DNA of 64,000 bases from Pirellulales bacterium (GTDB taxonomy: Bacteria; Planctomycetota; Planctomycetia; Pirellulales; JAICIG01). The notes under the pieces were generated by a model. That model searched no databases. It saw only the letters and a list, made by a program, of their open reading frames with translations, and was not told the DNA's origin. How positions within the stretch are numbered: the stretch's first letter is position 1; every line of letters starts with the position of its first letter. The DNA lies in the NCBI GenBank assembly GCA_040901675.1, contig JBBDYJ010000010.1:362599-426598 (forward strand), read 5' to 3'. Positions 49,143 through 58,524 of this stretch are shown here, piece after piece. The position numbers and the translations under genes are program-made.

Positions 49143-49518
49143 GCACGTAGTCTTCGAAGCGGATGAGCCGCTGGTGCTTGGGGACGGTGGCAAACACCAT
49201 GTCCAGCAGGTCCTCGAAACGTTGCGGCAGAATCCGGTAGAAGTTGTGCTTGCCCTCGCGGCGCGACTCGATCAGTTCCGCCACCCTCAACAGGGCCAGG
49301 TGATGGCTGACCGCCGGCTGGCTTTGCCCCAGGATCTCGCACAAGGCCCGGACGTGCAGCTCTTCGTTGCGCGTCAGGTACAAGAGGATCCGCAGCCGCG
49401 TCTCGTCGGACAGCAGCTTGAATACCTTGACCAGGTCTTTGACCAACGAGTCAGGCACTGCCGACATCTTCTTGTTGGGGGGCCTTCGCCCGTTGAAATC
49501 GGCTGGTTTACTTATCAT
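49096..49518 (-). CDS. ArsR/SmtB family transcriptional regulator
   Basis: FKLLSDETRLRIL, SQPAVSHHLALLR, RREGKHNFY. Confidence 0.92.
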   Translation of the reverse strand: MISKPADFNGRRPPNKKMSAVPDSLVKDLVKVFKLLSDETRLRILLYLTRNEELHVRALCEILGQSQPAVSHHLALLRVAELIESRREGKHNFYRILPQRFEDLLDMVFATVPKHQRLIRFEDYVLSYEPEEELAEPAAR

Positions 49519-50346
49519 CGTTTCCTTCTTTTGTCTCGCCGCGACGGCCGGAGTCGGAGTGGCCCGGATGGGACTTGGCCGCCGCGACATGTGGCACCAT
49601 CGCTAGCTGGGGCGTTATTGCGCCAGATCCGTGCCTGGCGTTCTCGCGCCGTATTGTCTACCCACGCGCACAGTTGTCTGGCCGTCGCCAACGCGCCACG
49701 TCGGGGTGTGCAAGCGCCGCCCGCTGCCCCTTGGACTTCCCTTGCCCGCTGGACTTCCCTTGGTTGTCGGTGCATGCACGTGCAGCGCTCCCGAAATCGG
49801 AGATTCCGAGGTGCGGAGAACTCGACGCGGTCGAATGCAAACAGCCCAGATGATCCATGACATGGAACTCGGTCTCGGCGTTCCCCTTCAAGAACCACAG
49901 AACGTGGCTCGGTCGATCCGGAGAAAGGGCCGCCGATGTTTTTCAGAGCATGCCCGCATTGTATCCGGCAGCCCGATCAGTTCAAAGCATTTACACGCCT
50001 TTTTCCCCTGGAATTTTTCTCCATGATTTTGCTGGCGCAGCGGAAGGAGCTGATGCCGCGCCGGCGGCCGGTCACGCCGGTCGCTTGCCCATGCTGCAAG
50101 CGGGGCGATGGGGACGCCGGAAAAAGGCTCCGTTCGCCCGGGTTCAGCCGTTCGCCCCGGTCTCAAATGACCTGGAACCCCAAGCGGCCGCGCGGTAGAC
50201 TCCCGCCCCATTCTTGGCGCTCCCGGTCGTTCGCCGGATCGCTCCCTTTCCCTGAAAAACGAGCCCGAATAAGCCAGCCCGGCGGCGCGGCCATGGCGGC
50301 CGAACGCGTGGACCGTACGTCTGTTGCCCCCATACCGGAGGATTCC

Positions 50347-51498
50347 ATGAAGCGCGACTGCTTGCTGCCGGCCATTCTGATCGCTTGTTGCCTGGCCGGC
50401 GTCCCGGTTGGAAGCCTGCTGGCAGCCCCCCCATGGCAGAAAGTGGCCCTGTTCAAGCGGTTGGAGGCGGACCCGGAAAAGACATATCCGCTCACCGACC
50501 AGCAGGGGCCTTGGATGATTATGGCCGCCACTTTCTCCGGCGATGAGGCGGAACTGCAGGCGCGCGAGCTGATTTACGAGCTCCGCAGCCGCTACAAGCT
50601 GGCCGCCTATACCCACCAGGTCGATTTCGACTACGCGGCCGGCACCCAGGGGAGGGGCCTGGACCAGTACGGCGGTCCCGCCCGGCTGAAATACGCCCGG
50701 GGCAACCACCTTCGAGAGATCGGGGTGCTGGTGGGCGACTATCCCTCGGTCGACTCGCCGGAGGCCCAGCGCGTTTTGGAGAGGCTCAAGTACGCTCAGC
50801 CCGACTGCCTGAACCTGGAGAAACGGGCCAAGGCGGGAAAGCGGGAGAACCGGTCGCTGGCGGCCTTGCGGCTTGCCCAGCAGGTGGTCCAGGAATACGC
50901 GGGCAGCAAGAACAAGCTGAAGGGGCCGATGGGCCACGCTTTCATCACCACCAACCCGCTGATGCCCGAGGAGTATTTCTCGAGCCGCGGTCTGGATAAG
51001 CTGGTCCTGGAGATGAACGAGCAGGTCCAATACAGCCTGCTCGACTGCCCGGGCCCGTACACCTGCCGGGTCGCCACATTTACCGGTAACGCGGTGATCG
51101 ATCCCAAGCTGGTCGAGGCGGTCGAACGGGGCAAGCAGATGCCGAGCCGGCTCGAGCAAGCGGCCCTCAAAGCGCACCAGCTCACCGTGGCACTGCGGTC
51201 CAAAGGATACGAAGCCTATGAGTTCCACGACCGGTATGCCAGCATCGTGACGGTCGGCAGCTTCGCGTCGCTGGGCACGCCGCTGGGCAACGGTACAATC
51301 AAGACGGATCCGAGGCTGCAAGCGGTCATCGAGACATTCGCGGCGGACGTCCGCGCGGTGCCCGGCGAAGCGGCCCCCAGGGTCGAGAACATCAAGGACC
51401 TGGCCCACATTCCGTTCGACATACAGCCCATGCCGATCGAAGTCCCCCGCCGGCCGATCGGCGCCGATTACGACGTGCCGATCTTCAGCATGCGTTGA
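50347..51498 (+). CDS. Secreted conserved hypothetical protein (SPOR-like elements)
   Basis: Signal peptide; GPWMIMAATF, YEAYEFHDRYASIVTVGSF; ATG after GGAGGA. Confidence 0.7.
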   Translation: MKRDCLLPAILIACCLAGVPVGSLLAAPPWQKVALFKRLEADPEKTYPLTDQQGPWMIMAATFSGDEAELQARELIYELRSRYKLAAYTHQVDFDYAAGTQGRGLDQYGGPARLKYARGNHLREIGVLVGDYPSVDSPEAQRVLERLKYAQPDCLNLEKRAKAGKRENRSLAALRLAQQVVQEYAGSKNKLKGPMGHAFITTNPLMPEEYFSSRGLDKLVLEMNEQVQYSLLDCPGPYTCRVATFTGNAVIDPKLVEAVERGKQMPSRLEQAALKAHQLTVALRSKGYEAYEFHDRYASIVTVGSFASLGTPLGNGTIKTDPRLQAVIETFAADVRAVPGEAAPRVENIKDLAHIPFDIQPMPIEVPRRPIGADYDVPIFSMR

Positions 51499-51543
51499 GA
51501 GTCCGGTTAGCGCCAGGTTTTCTGCAAGCGACTGCCCCCTTTG

Positions 51544-52143
51544 ATGCCCACGCTGGTCCTAGGCACGGCCAACCGCAAAAAACGCAACGAGCTGACTCGG
51601 CTGCTGGCACCGCTGGGGCTGACCATCCGCACGCTGGCCGATTATCCCCATGCGCTGGCGGTCGAGGAGACAGGCTCGACCTTTGCCGAAAACGCCGTGC
51701 TGAAGGCGGCCCAACAGGCGGCCCACCTCGGCCAGTGGGTACTGGCCGAGGACAGCGGGCTGGCCGTTGACGCCTTGTCGGGCGGGCCCGGCGTGCGCTC
51801 AGCGCGCTACTCGGGTGCGGGGGCCACGGACGAGTCGAACAACCGGCGGCTGCTGGACGAACTCTCCGGCGTGCCGCTGGGGCGGCGGGCCGCCCACTAC
51901 GTTTGCCACGCAGCGCTGGCCGATCCGCAAGGGGCCGTCCGCGCCGAAGCCGAGGACTACTGCCACGGAAGGATCGTGTTCGACGATCGGGGCAGCGGGG
52001 GCTTCGGCTACGACCCGCTGTTCGAGATCGTCGAATACAAGCGGACGTTCGGCCAGCTCAGCCCGGAGGTCAAGGATTGCCTCAGCCACCGCGCCCGCGC
52101 CCTGCGCCGCCTGCTGCCCGCAATCGAGCGCGTGCTCCGATGA
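51544..52143 (+). CDS. rdgB: RdgB/HAM1 non-canonical purine NTP pyrophosphatase
   Basis: EDSGL.VDAL, PGVRSARY, GFGYDPLF, SHRARA. Confidence 0.94.
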   Translation: MPTLVLGTANRKKRNELTRLLAPLGLTIRTLADYPHALAVEETGSTFAENAVLKAAQQAAHLGQWVLAEDSGLAVDALSGGPGVRSARYSGAGATDESNNRRLLDELSGVPLGRRAAHYVCHAALADPQGAVRAEAEDYCHGRIVFDDRGSGGFGYDPLFEIVEYKRTFGQLSPEVKDCLSHRARALRRLLPAIERVLR

Positions 52144-52259
52144 GGTGACCTTGGAGAGGCCATTGGCCGGATGGCCGGGCGCGCGCGGCGGCACCCGTGA
52201 TCAACCGCCACCCGCCGCGCTCCTATTCCTCCCTCCTCCTTCCTCCTTCCTCCTTCACA

Positions 52260-52775
52260 TCAGTAGCTGTAGCCGCGGCCTCGGCTGTTCCAACCCTGAT
52301 CGAGCAGGCGCCGCTCGCGGCTGGTCTCGAACTGGTGCATCACGATGTGCCGCGGCATGCCCCACTGCAGTTGCCGCAGCCAATGGTCGACGCCGATGTC
52401 GTCGGGCTCCCGCTCCAGGATTTCACGGTACAGGTGCTCGACAAACTGCACGTCGTCCATGTAGCTCAGATCGCCGTATCGCGATTCGTAGTGACGCCTC
52501 AGTTCGAAGTCGTCGTCGTAGTTGGAGCCGTAGTAGGCGCCCGGCTGGCGATACGTCTGGTAGCTGCGCGAAGGCTGCGAATAATAGGAGCCGTCGCCGT
52601 AGTCGTACCCGCGATAGGAGCGGGTGGTTCGGCCACGGCCATAGTCGTCGCGGTCCAGGAACCGCTGGCCAAAGTACCGAACGAGGCTGCGTCCGCTTTG
52701 GGCCTCGGCTGCCGGGCTCATTCCGCCAAACACCAAAGCCGCGGCCGCACAGAGTTGCAGTGCATGCTTGTACAT
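52260..52775 (-). CDS. Secreted Tyr/Arg/Gly-rich protein with a DUF4214-like domain
   Basis: Signal peptide; FVEHLYREILEREPD..G..HW...FETSRE. Confidence 0.7.
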   Translation of the reverse strand: MYKHALQLCAAAALVFGGMSPAAEAQSGRSLVRYFGQRFLDRDDYGRGRTTRSYRGYDYGDGSYYSQPSRSYQTYRQPGAYYGSNYDDDFELRRHYESRYGDLSYMDDVQFVEHLYREILEREPDDIGVDHWLRQLQWGMPRHIVMHQFETSRERRLLDQGWNSRGRGYSY

Positions 52776-53157
52776 CTTTGTTCTCCTCTTGTCTGAACGC
52801 GGCCGGCCGTCCAAGAAACTGGCGTCCGGCCGCAAGTTGCCCCTCTCGCCAGCCAAACAAGCGTGCTATTCGCGTGCCACAATACGGCGGTTGGCCGGCG
52901 GATTGGCTTAAAGCCTTGGCTGTCAGGCAATTTAGGCAATTTGAGCGGCCGCTGCGAGCCAAGGCAGGTTGAGAACTGTCATCATTTCGATCTGCGGCCG
53001 CGACAGCCAGCCGGCTTACGTGACAGCCACCTCCCTCGGCTCATGGGTACAGCCGCTACAATGCCTGCCAGCGAAACCGCGGCCGTCACGAACTGCGGCA
53101 TCGGACGAAACGGCAAAATTCGCCACGCAGGAGAGCACCGCGGGGGCCGAACTCACA

Positions 53158-54075
53158 ATGCCTTTGGAACCCACCTTCGACGATCCTTCCTGGCCTCGCC
53201 GGCGGCTATGGCGAATCGCGGTGGTTGCAGTGGGGCTGCCGCTCGTCTTGATCGCCGCCTTGTTCTCGGTTCGTGTAGTTCGAGCCTGGCAGCGCGAGCG
53301 GGCGGTGGCCGCAATCGAGCAGTTGGGAGGACGCTTCGAGCAACGATTCGTGCTGGGCGAACCGGTATGGCGCCGCTCTCCGGGCGCCGACTATTCCGTG
53401 AGCGTGGTGCGAGTGTACCTGGTCCGACCCGAGGTGGGCGACGCGGACCTGGTACACCTTGCCAACCTGTCGGACCTGGAAACACTGGGGCTCAGCGGCA
53501 CGAGCGTCGAGGGTCCGGGACTCGCGCACCTGGTCAACCTGGGCCGGCTGAGCTCGCTCGACCTGTACGGCGCTCCGGTCACCGACGACGGCTTGCGCCA
53601 CATGGCGTCGTTGACCAGCCTGCGGTCGCTCGATCTGTTCGGCGCCCGGATCAGCGATGCCGGGCTGGTGCACTTGCAGGGTTTGACGGGCCTGGAGTCG
53701 CTGGTGCTGGGCTCGACCGAAGTGGGCGACGCCGGCCTGGCTTACCTCGGTGGTCTGAGCGACCTGGAAACGCTCAACCTGGGAGGCACCCGTGTCACCG
53801 ACCGGGGAGTCATGCACCTGAAGACCTTGAGCCATTTGAAGAACCTGGTGCTCACGGATTTGCCGCTGACCGACGCGGGCCTGGCCGCGCTGTCCGGGCT
53901 GGGGCGGATCGAGACACTCTTGCTCCGCGGCACGCGCGTGACCGACGGCGGGCTGGTGCACATCACGCGGTTCAAGGCACTCAAGAGAGTCGACCTCCGC
54001 GAGACGGACGCCAGCAGTGCGGGCCTGGAAAGGCTCCAGGGCAGCTTGACCGGCGTCACCTTGGTTGTCGACTGA
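53158..54075 (+). CDS. Leucine-rich repeat protein with N-terminal membrane anchor
   Basis: 24-aa repeats LxxLxLxGTxVTDxGLxHL. Confidence 0.9.
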   Translation: MPLEPTFDDPSWPRRRLWRIAVVAVGLPLVLIAALFSVRVVRAWQRERAVAAIEQLGGRFEQRFVLGEPVWRRSPGADYSVSVVRVYLVRPEVGDADLVHLANLSDLETLGLSGTSVEGPGLAHLVNLGRLSSLDLYGAPVTDDGLRHMASLTSLRSLDLFGARISDAGLVHLQGLTGLESLVLGSTEVGDAGLAYLGGLSDLETLNLGGTRVTDRGVMHLKTLSHLKNLVLTDLPLTDAGLAALSGLGRIETLLLRGTRVTDGGLVHITRFKALKRVDLRETDASSAGLERLQGSLTGVTLVVD

Positions 54076-54097
54076 AGCGGCCCGCGCTTGCGACGGC

Positions 54098-54865
54098 TCA
54101 GCGCTCGGCCACCACAGCGCTGAGCGTCACCGGAGGCTTGACCACCCGCAGCACCGTCCAGAAAAACGCCGCTCCGGCGGCGGTAAAGAACACGTTGAGC
54201 GTCATCTGGTAGCCCAGCGTGCTCAACAACAACGCGGTCACTCCTGCCGCGACAACGATCGCGAGCTTGACGAGGGCGGGGCCCCTCACCAGCTTCGATC
54301 TGGGCACCCGCTGGAAGCGAACCTCCTCCGGCGCGTCGTCGCGCGCTTCCGGGACGGTGAACATGCTGGTGGCCATGTGGTGAAAGCCGCCGGCGGCCAT
54401 CAGCATGGCCATCATCACGTTGAACGGCAGCATCATGTGGAACAGGCGGTTGGCCCTGCTCTTCTGGATTTGAGAGCCAGGCATTCGACTGTGCGCCGCG
54501 TCCAAAGCCTCGATCTGGGTCTCGCTGTCCGGCAGCGGAAACTTCCGGCTCACGAACTTGCGCGAACCCTTGTCGTACTCGACGACCAGGTCGCTGCGGT
54601 TGAGCGTGGCGCTGACGGACCGGACCGCGCCGAACTGCACATACGTCGCCTTTGGCCCCAGCACGTCGTAGGCAGGCCGCCCCGACTCCAGCTCCTCGCA
54701 CGCCGCCGCTAACTGCTTGCCGGGCAGCTTGCCGACTGCGATCTCATCGCGGCTCATCACCACGATGTTGTCGCCCGACGACCCGGGCCGCGTCCAAATG
54801 AGCGGCGGCTCGCTCGTGAACGAGCTTGAATACAAGCTGGCGCTGCTGGTCGAGGAAGCGGACAT
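54098..54865 (-). CDS. Hypothetical membrane protein
   Basis: Long ORF with three hydrophobic segments in the C-terminal half. Confidence 0.6.
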   Translation of the reverse strand: MSASSTSSASLYSSSFTSEPPLIWTRPGSSGDNIVVMSRDEIAVGKLPGKQLAAACEELESGRPAYDVLGPKATYVQFGAVRSVSATLNRSDLVVEYDKGSRKFVSRKFPLPDSETQIEALDAAHSRMPGSQIQKSRANRLFHMMLPFNVMMAMLMAAGGFHHMATSMFTVPEARDDAPEEVRFQRVPRSKLVRGPALVKLAIVVAAGVTALLLSTLGYQMTLNVFFTAAGAAFFWTVLRVVKPPVTLSAVVAER

Positions 54866-54876
54866 GCCCGTCCAGG

Positions 54877-55095
54877 TCAAGGGTTGGTCATGGAGAGCAG
54901 CCGCCGCACGACGCGGCTGTTTTCAGCCGATTCCAGCCCGATCGCGGCAATCAGGCCGAAGAGCCCGCCGTGCGCCCAGAATATCCGGCAGCCATCGTCC
55001 AGCATCGGGCACCATGCCGCGCCCAGCAGGCAGAGACTCAGCCAGGCGATCAGCCGGATGACCCTCGAGTCGTCAACTAAAAGTGGATTGCTCAT
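54877..55095 (-). CDS. Possible small membrane protein
   Basis: 72-aa ORF with two hydrophobic segments directly upstream of 54098-54865. Confidence 0.35.
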   Translation of the reverse strand: MSNPLLVDDSRVIRLIAWLSLCLLGAAWCPMLDDGCRIFWAHGGLFGLIAAIGLESAENSRVVRRLLSMTNP

Positions 55096-55241
55096 TGTCG
55101 TCCGCCGTGCGCCTCATGATTGCTTTGGCCGTTCGATGGGCACCCGTTGCATTTCTACGTTACAAATGCGCCAGGGGCAAATATGCCGTCCCGCCCCATG
55201 CGGGCGTTGGGTTCTGCCAGGCTCAGGCCCCGGTTGGGTGG

Positions 55242-55269
55242 CTGGGGCAAAGCGATAAGCGTGCCCCAG
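55242..55269 (+). repeat. REP family A, empty variant (GCGATAAGC core)
   Basis: CTGGGGCAAAGCGATAAGCGTGCCCCAG. Confidence 0.88.
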
Positions 55270-55386
55270 TTGCGATGAGAGGAAATTGTTTTTCGGCCGC
55301 TCCTTCGCCCTCGGTCCGCTGCCTTGCGGACCAGCGCAGCGAGCTTTCTGCACGTGCCGCTACCCTCGGAGCAATCCACAAACCCG

Positions 55387-57417
55387 TTAGGGCTCGAACA
55401 GCGGCCGCAATCGCTCAGCGGCGGCCTCGAAGCGGGGCAGTTCTTCGGCTAATAGAAAGCGCTCGGCCGCCAGCCGCTCGGCGGCGGCCATGAATTGCCG
55501 GCGGTAATCCTCGAAATCGCGATACCGCTGGGCCAGCGCGGCGCGCGGATCGCCCTGGGCCTGCCGCTCGCCGGCCGTCCGGGCCAACGGGATGTAGCCC
55601 CCCGACAATCCCAGCAACTCCTGCTCGGCGCCGATCGAGCGGTGCCGCAGGTTCCAGCTCGTATACGTTGCGACCGGCACGGCGATGCTCGGCAACAGCA
55701 GCGTTCCCAGCTCGTTGTTGTCCGCTCCGTAACCGGGCACCTTGACGATGTACTGGCCCCGGTTCAGGGGCGGCTCAATCGTGGCCCGGCGATACCGCTC
55801 GAACTCGGGACCGCGGTCCAGAAACTCCGGCTGCTGGATCACTTCAGGATAGCGCACGGCGGGCAACGCCAGCCAACCGCTTTGATCCTGCTGCCACGAT
55901 CGCAGCGTGTCGTCGGACAACCGCGGATAACGGCTGGCGGGCGGCTCGCGGCCATCGCGAACCCAGGCGTCGAGTGCCAGCAAGAGCGCCCGGATCAGAG
56001 GCCGGTAGTCGCTGGGGTTGGCCGGCAGTTGCCCGTTGCCGCGCGGCCCGGCCACGCCGCTGCCAGGCCCGTGCTGCGTGCCGCCAAACGTGTACACTCG
56101 AACTTCGGGTGGCAGCTCGGCATCGTGCTCGCCCAACGGGTCGGTGTGTACCAGCGAGCCGGCGCGGTGCCAATACTCCGACGACGATTGAGTGTGCATC
56201 ACCTTGGGCACCGTGCCGCTGGCCCGCGCCCGCCGCAGAATGCCATCGGTCCGGCCCGTGAACGGGTCGATCTGGTCGCCATACGCGAAGGGGAACATAT
56301 CGGCCGGGTAGAGGTGGTTGTCGTGCTGGCCGTTGTGCCGCGTCGGCGAGGCGAAGCGGTGATTGAAGAAGCCCAGTCCGCCCCCCGCCACGTGCGGCAT
56401 CACGCCGTCGAAGACCTGCCTGCCCTGCTCGTCGGCATTGAAGCCGTCGTAGAGGAACATCCGCAGGCACCGGCCGCTCTGCGATGTGCCAAACCCATAG
56501 GCATAGCGGATCGCCAGCTTGCCGCCGGCCGTTCGAAGCAGATCGTTTCCCACCTGTTCGTACTTGAGCCAGCTTACCAGGTCGCGGATGCCGGCCAGGC
56601 CGAGTCCCTGGACGATCGGCCCCTCGGCCTCGTACACCAGCTCGTAGATGTAACCCGGCTCGAAGCCGCCCGCCAGCACCAGGTCGATCCGCGGAAGCTG
56701 CGACCGCTGGCCGTCTGCCTCGACCGCCGTCTGGACCAGGTTCCACTGGCCGCGTGGAATCAGCACGCGCGGGTCTTTCTCGCGCAGCCGCCACGTGAGA
56801 GTGGCCATGTCCAGGCCGGCCGGGCTGGGCGGGTAGCTGCCCTGATTGGCCCAGTGCGCGATGTTCAGCCGCTCGGCCGGCGCATCGGGGGCCATCTCGG
56901 CTCGCACCGGGCCGCGTATCGGTTCGTCCGGGCTGCCGGCCACGGGCGCCGACAACCGCAGCCGATTGTCGCCAGGCAGGACCTCGGCGATCCAGCCGCT
57001 CCAGACGATCGTGAAACCCTGCCGCATGAGAAAGTCGTCGGCCCCGCCGTTGAACTGCCCCAGGCAGGTCCGGTTGCCCCGGTTGTTCACCTCATACAAC
57101 AGCGCGGCGTTGCTCTTGTCCGCGTCGGCCGGAGCCAGGATTTCGAAGTCCGCCGAGAACTCAACCAGTCCCCGGGCATTGGTCGGCGCCAGTTCCAGGT
57201 CGATCACCTGCCGGTTGGCCTCGTGCCGCGGATCGACGGCGAGCCGCACCGTGCCCCGCAACTGCTCGTACGGCCCAACGTCGCCGAAGGGCCGGCCGTC
57301 GGCATAGGGGGCGCGGCTGGTGATCTCGACGTCAACAACTTCCGCCGCGGCTGGGCGGCCGGCGGCTGCCACGGCCAGCAACATGGCCGCCAGGGCGATC
57401 TTCAGCAGTTGCATCAT
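55387..57417 (-). CDS. Secreted alpha/beta hydrolase domain protein
   Basis: Nucleophile elbow GTSQSG, EVNNRG, SSEYW, GTQH. Confidence 0.8.
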   Translation of the reverse strand: MMQLLKIALAAMLLAVAAAGRPAAAEVVDVEITSRAPYADGRPFGDVGPYEQLRGTVRLAVDPRHEANRQVIDLELAPTNARGLVEFSADFEILAPADADKSNAALLYEVNNRGNRTCLGQFNGGADDFLMRQGFTIVWSGWIAEVLPGDNRLRLSAPVAGSPDEPIRGPVRAEMAPDAPAERLNIAHWANQGSYPPSPAGLDMATLTWRLREKDPRVLIPRGQWNLVQTAVEADGQRSQLPRIDLVLAGGFEPGYIYELVYEAEGPIVQGLGLAGIRDLVSWLKYEQVGNDLLRTAGGKLAIRYAYGFGTSQSGRCLRMFLYDGFNADEQGRQVFDGVMPHVAGGGLGFFNHRFASPTRHNGQHDNHLYPADMFPFAYGDQIDPFTGRTDGILRRARASGTVPKVMHTQSSSEYWHRAGSLVHTDPLGEHDAELPPEVRVYTFGGTQHGPGSGVAGPRGNGQLPANPSDYRPLIRALLLALDAWVRDGREPPASRYPRLSDDTLRSWQQDQSGWLALPAVRYPEVIQQPEFLDRGPEFERYRRATIEPPLNRGQYIVKVPGYGADNNELGTLLLPSIAVPVATYTSWNLRHRSIGAEQELLGLSGGYIPLARTAGERQAQGDPRAALAQRYRDFEDYRRQFMAAAERLAAERFLLAEELPRFEAAAERLRPLFEP

Positions 57418-57432
57418 CGTGAGTCCCCTCGC

Positions 57433-58521
57433 TCAATGTGGCGGATTGGCTGGCTCCGTAGCGCCTGAAAGGTGCGCTTCGAACCGCTGCTTTTCGTGGG
57501 CTTTCGCGTAGGCGTCGGCGCCGTCGATCATCCCCTGCTTGACGAGCGACTCCAAGGCGTCGTCCATCGACTGCATCCCTTCCCGCTTGCCCGATTGCAG
57601 GATCGAGAACAGCTTCTCGATCTTCCCCTCCCGAATGATGCTGGCCACCGCGTGCGTGCAGATCAGCACCTCCAGAGCGGCCACGCGGCCATGGCTTCCT
57701 TTCTTACGCAATAACTGCTGGGCCACGATGGCCCGCAGCGATTCGGCCAGCATCGTGCGGATCTGCGCCTGCTGGTCGCTGGGAAAAACGTCGATGATCC
57801 GGTCCACCGTCTTGGCCGCGCTGTTCGTGTGCAGCGTGCCGAACACCACCGTCCCCATGCTGGCCGCGGTGATCGCCAGCCCGATCGTCTCCAAATCCCG
57901 CATCTCTCCCACCAGCACCACGTCGGCATCCTGGCGCGGTATCGACCGCAGCGCGGCGGCGAACGACTCCGTGTGCGTGCCCACCTCTCGGTGCGTGATG
58001 ATCGATTTGCGGTTCTCGTGCACGAACTCCACCGGATCTTCGATCGTCACGATGTGCTTGCGATAACGCGAGTTGATGTGGTCCACCATCGCCGCCAGCG
58101 TCGTACTCTTGCCGCTGCCCGTGGGGCCGGTGACCAGCACCAGACCGCTGCGCAGCTCGGCCAGCCGGCCCAGGATCTCCGGCAGCTTTAGATCCTCCAG
58201 GGTGAGCACCCGCGTGGGGATCAGCCGGAACACCGCGCCGTAGCCGGTGCGCTGGAAAAAATAGTTGCAGCGGTAGCGGGCCTCCTGCCCGATGCCGTAG
58301 GCGAAGTCGAAATCGTGATGCGTCCGGTAGCGGTCGCGCTGCTCGTGGCTGATGATCTCGAACAGGTACTCGCCCAGCAAATCCGCGTCCAAGAGCGGGT
58401 GGTCGTCGATGACCCGGATGTCGCCATCGACCCGGTATTTGGGCTTCTGGCCGGCGACCATGTGCAGGTCCGAGGCGTCGGCCTCGCGCATTCCCAACAG
58501 CAATCGGTCGATACGGGCCAT
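57433..58521 (-). CDS. pilT: Type IV pilus retraction ATPase PilT
   Basis: ASDLH, GPTGSGKSTT, TIEDPVE, VGEMRD, GTLHT. Confidence 0.92.
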   Translation of the reverse strand: MARIDRLLLGMREADASDLHMVAGQKPKYRVDGDIRVIDDHPLLDADLLGEYLFEIISHEQRDRYRTHHDFDFAYGIGQEARYRCNYFFQRTGYGAVFRLIPTRVLTLEDLKLPEILGRLAELRSGLVLVTGPTGSGKSTTLAAMVDHINSRYRKHIVTIEDPVEFVHENRKSIITHREVGTHTESFAAALRSIPRQDADVVLVGEMRDLETIGLAITAASMGTVVFGTLHTNSAAKTVDRIIDVFPSDQQAQIRTMLAESLRAIVAQQLLRKKGSHGRVAALEVLICTHAVASIIREGKIEKLFSILQSGKREGMQSMDDALESLVKQGMIDGADAYAKAHEKQRFEAHLSGATEPANPPH

Positions 58522-58524
58522 GCA

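Noticed and set aside
49936..50346. 137-aa N-terminal extension of the 50347-51498 gene in the ORF track
   Set aside because: Non-protein-like; a better start with SD and signal peptide lies at 50347.
52908..52934. Weak spaced palindrome TAAAGCCTT-N7-AGGCAATTTA (similar spacing near 5106-5131)
   Set aside because: Too degenerate to call a regulatory site without comparative data.
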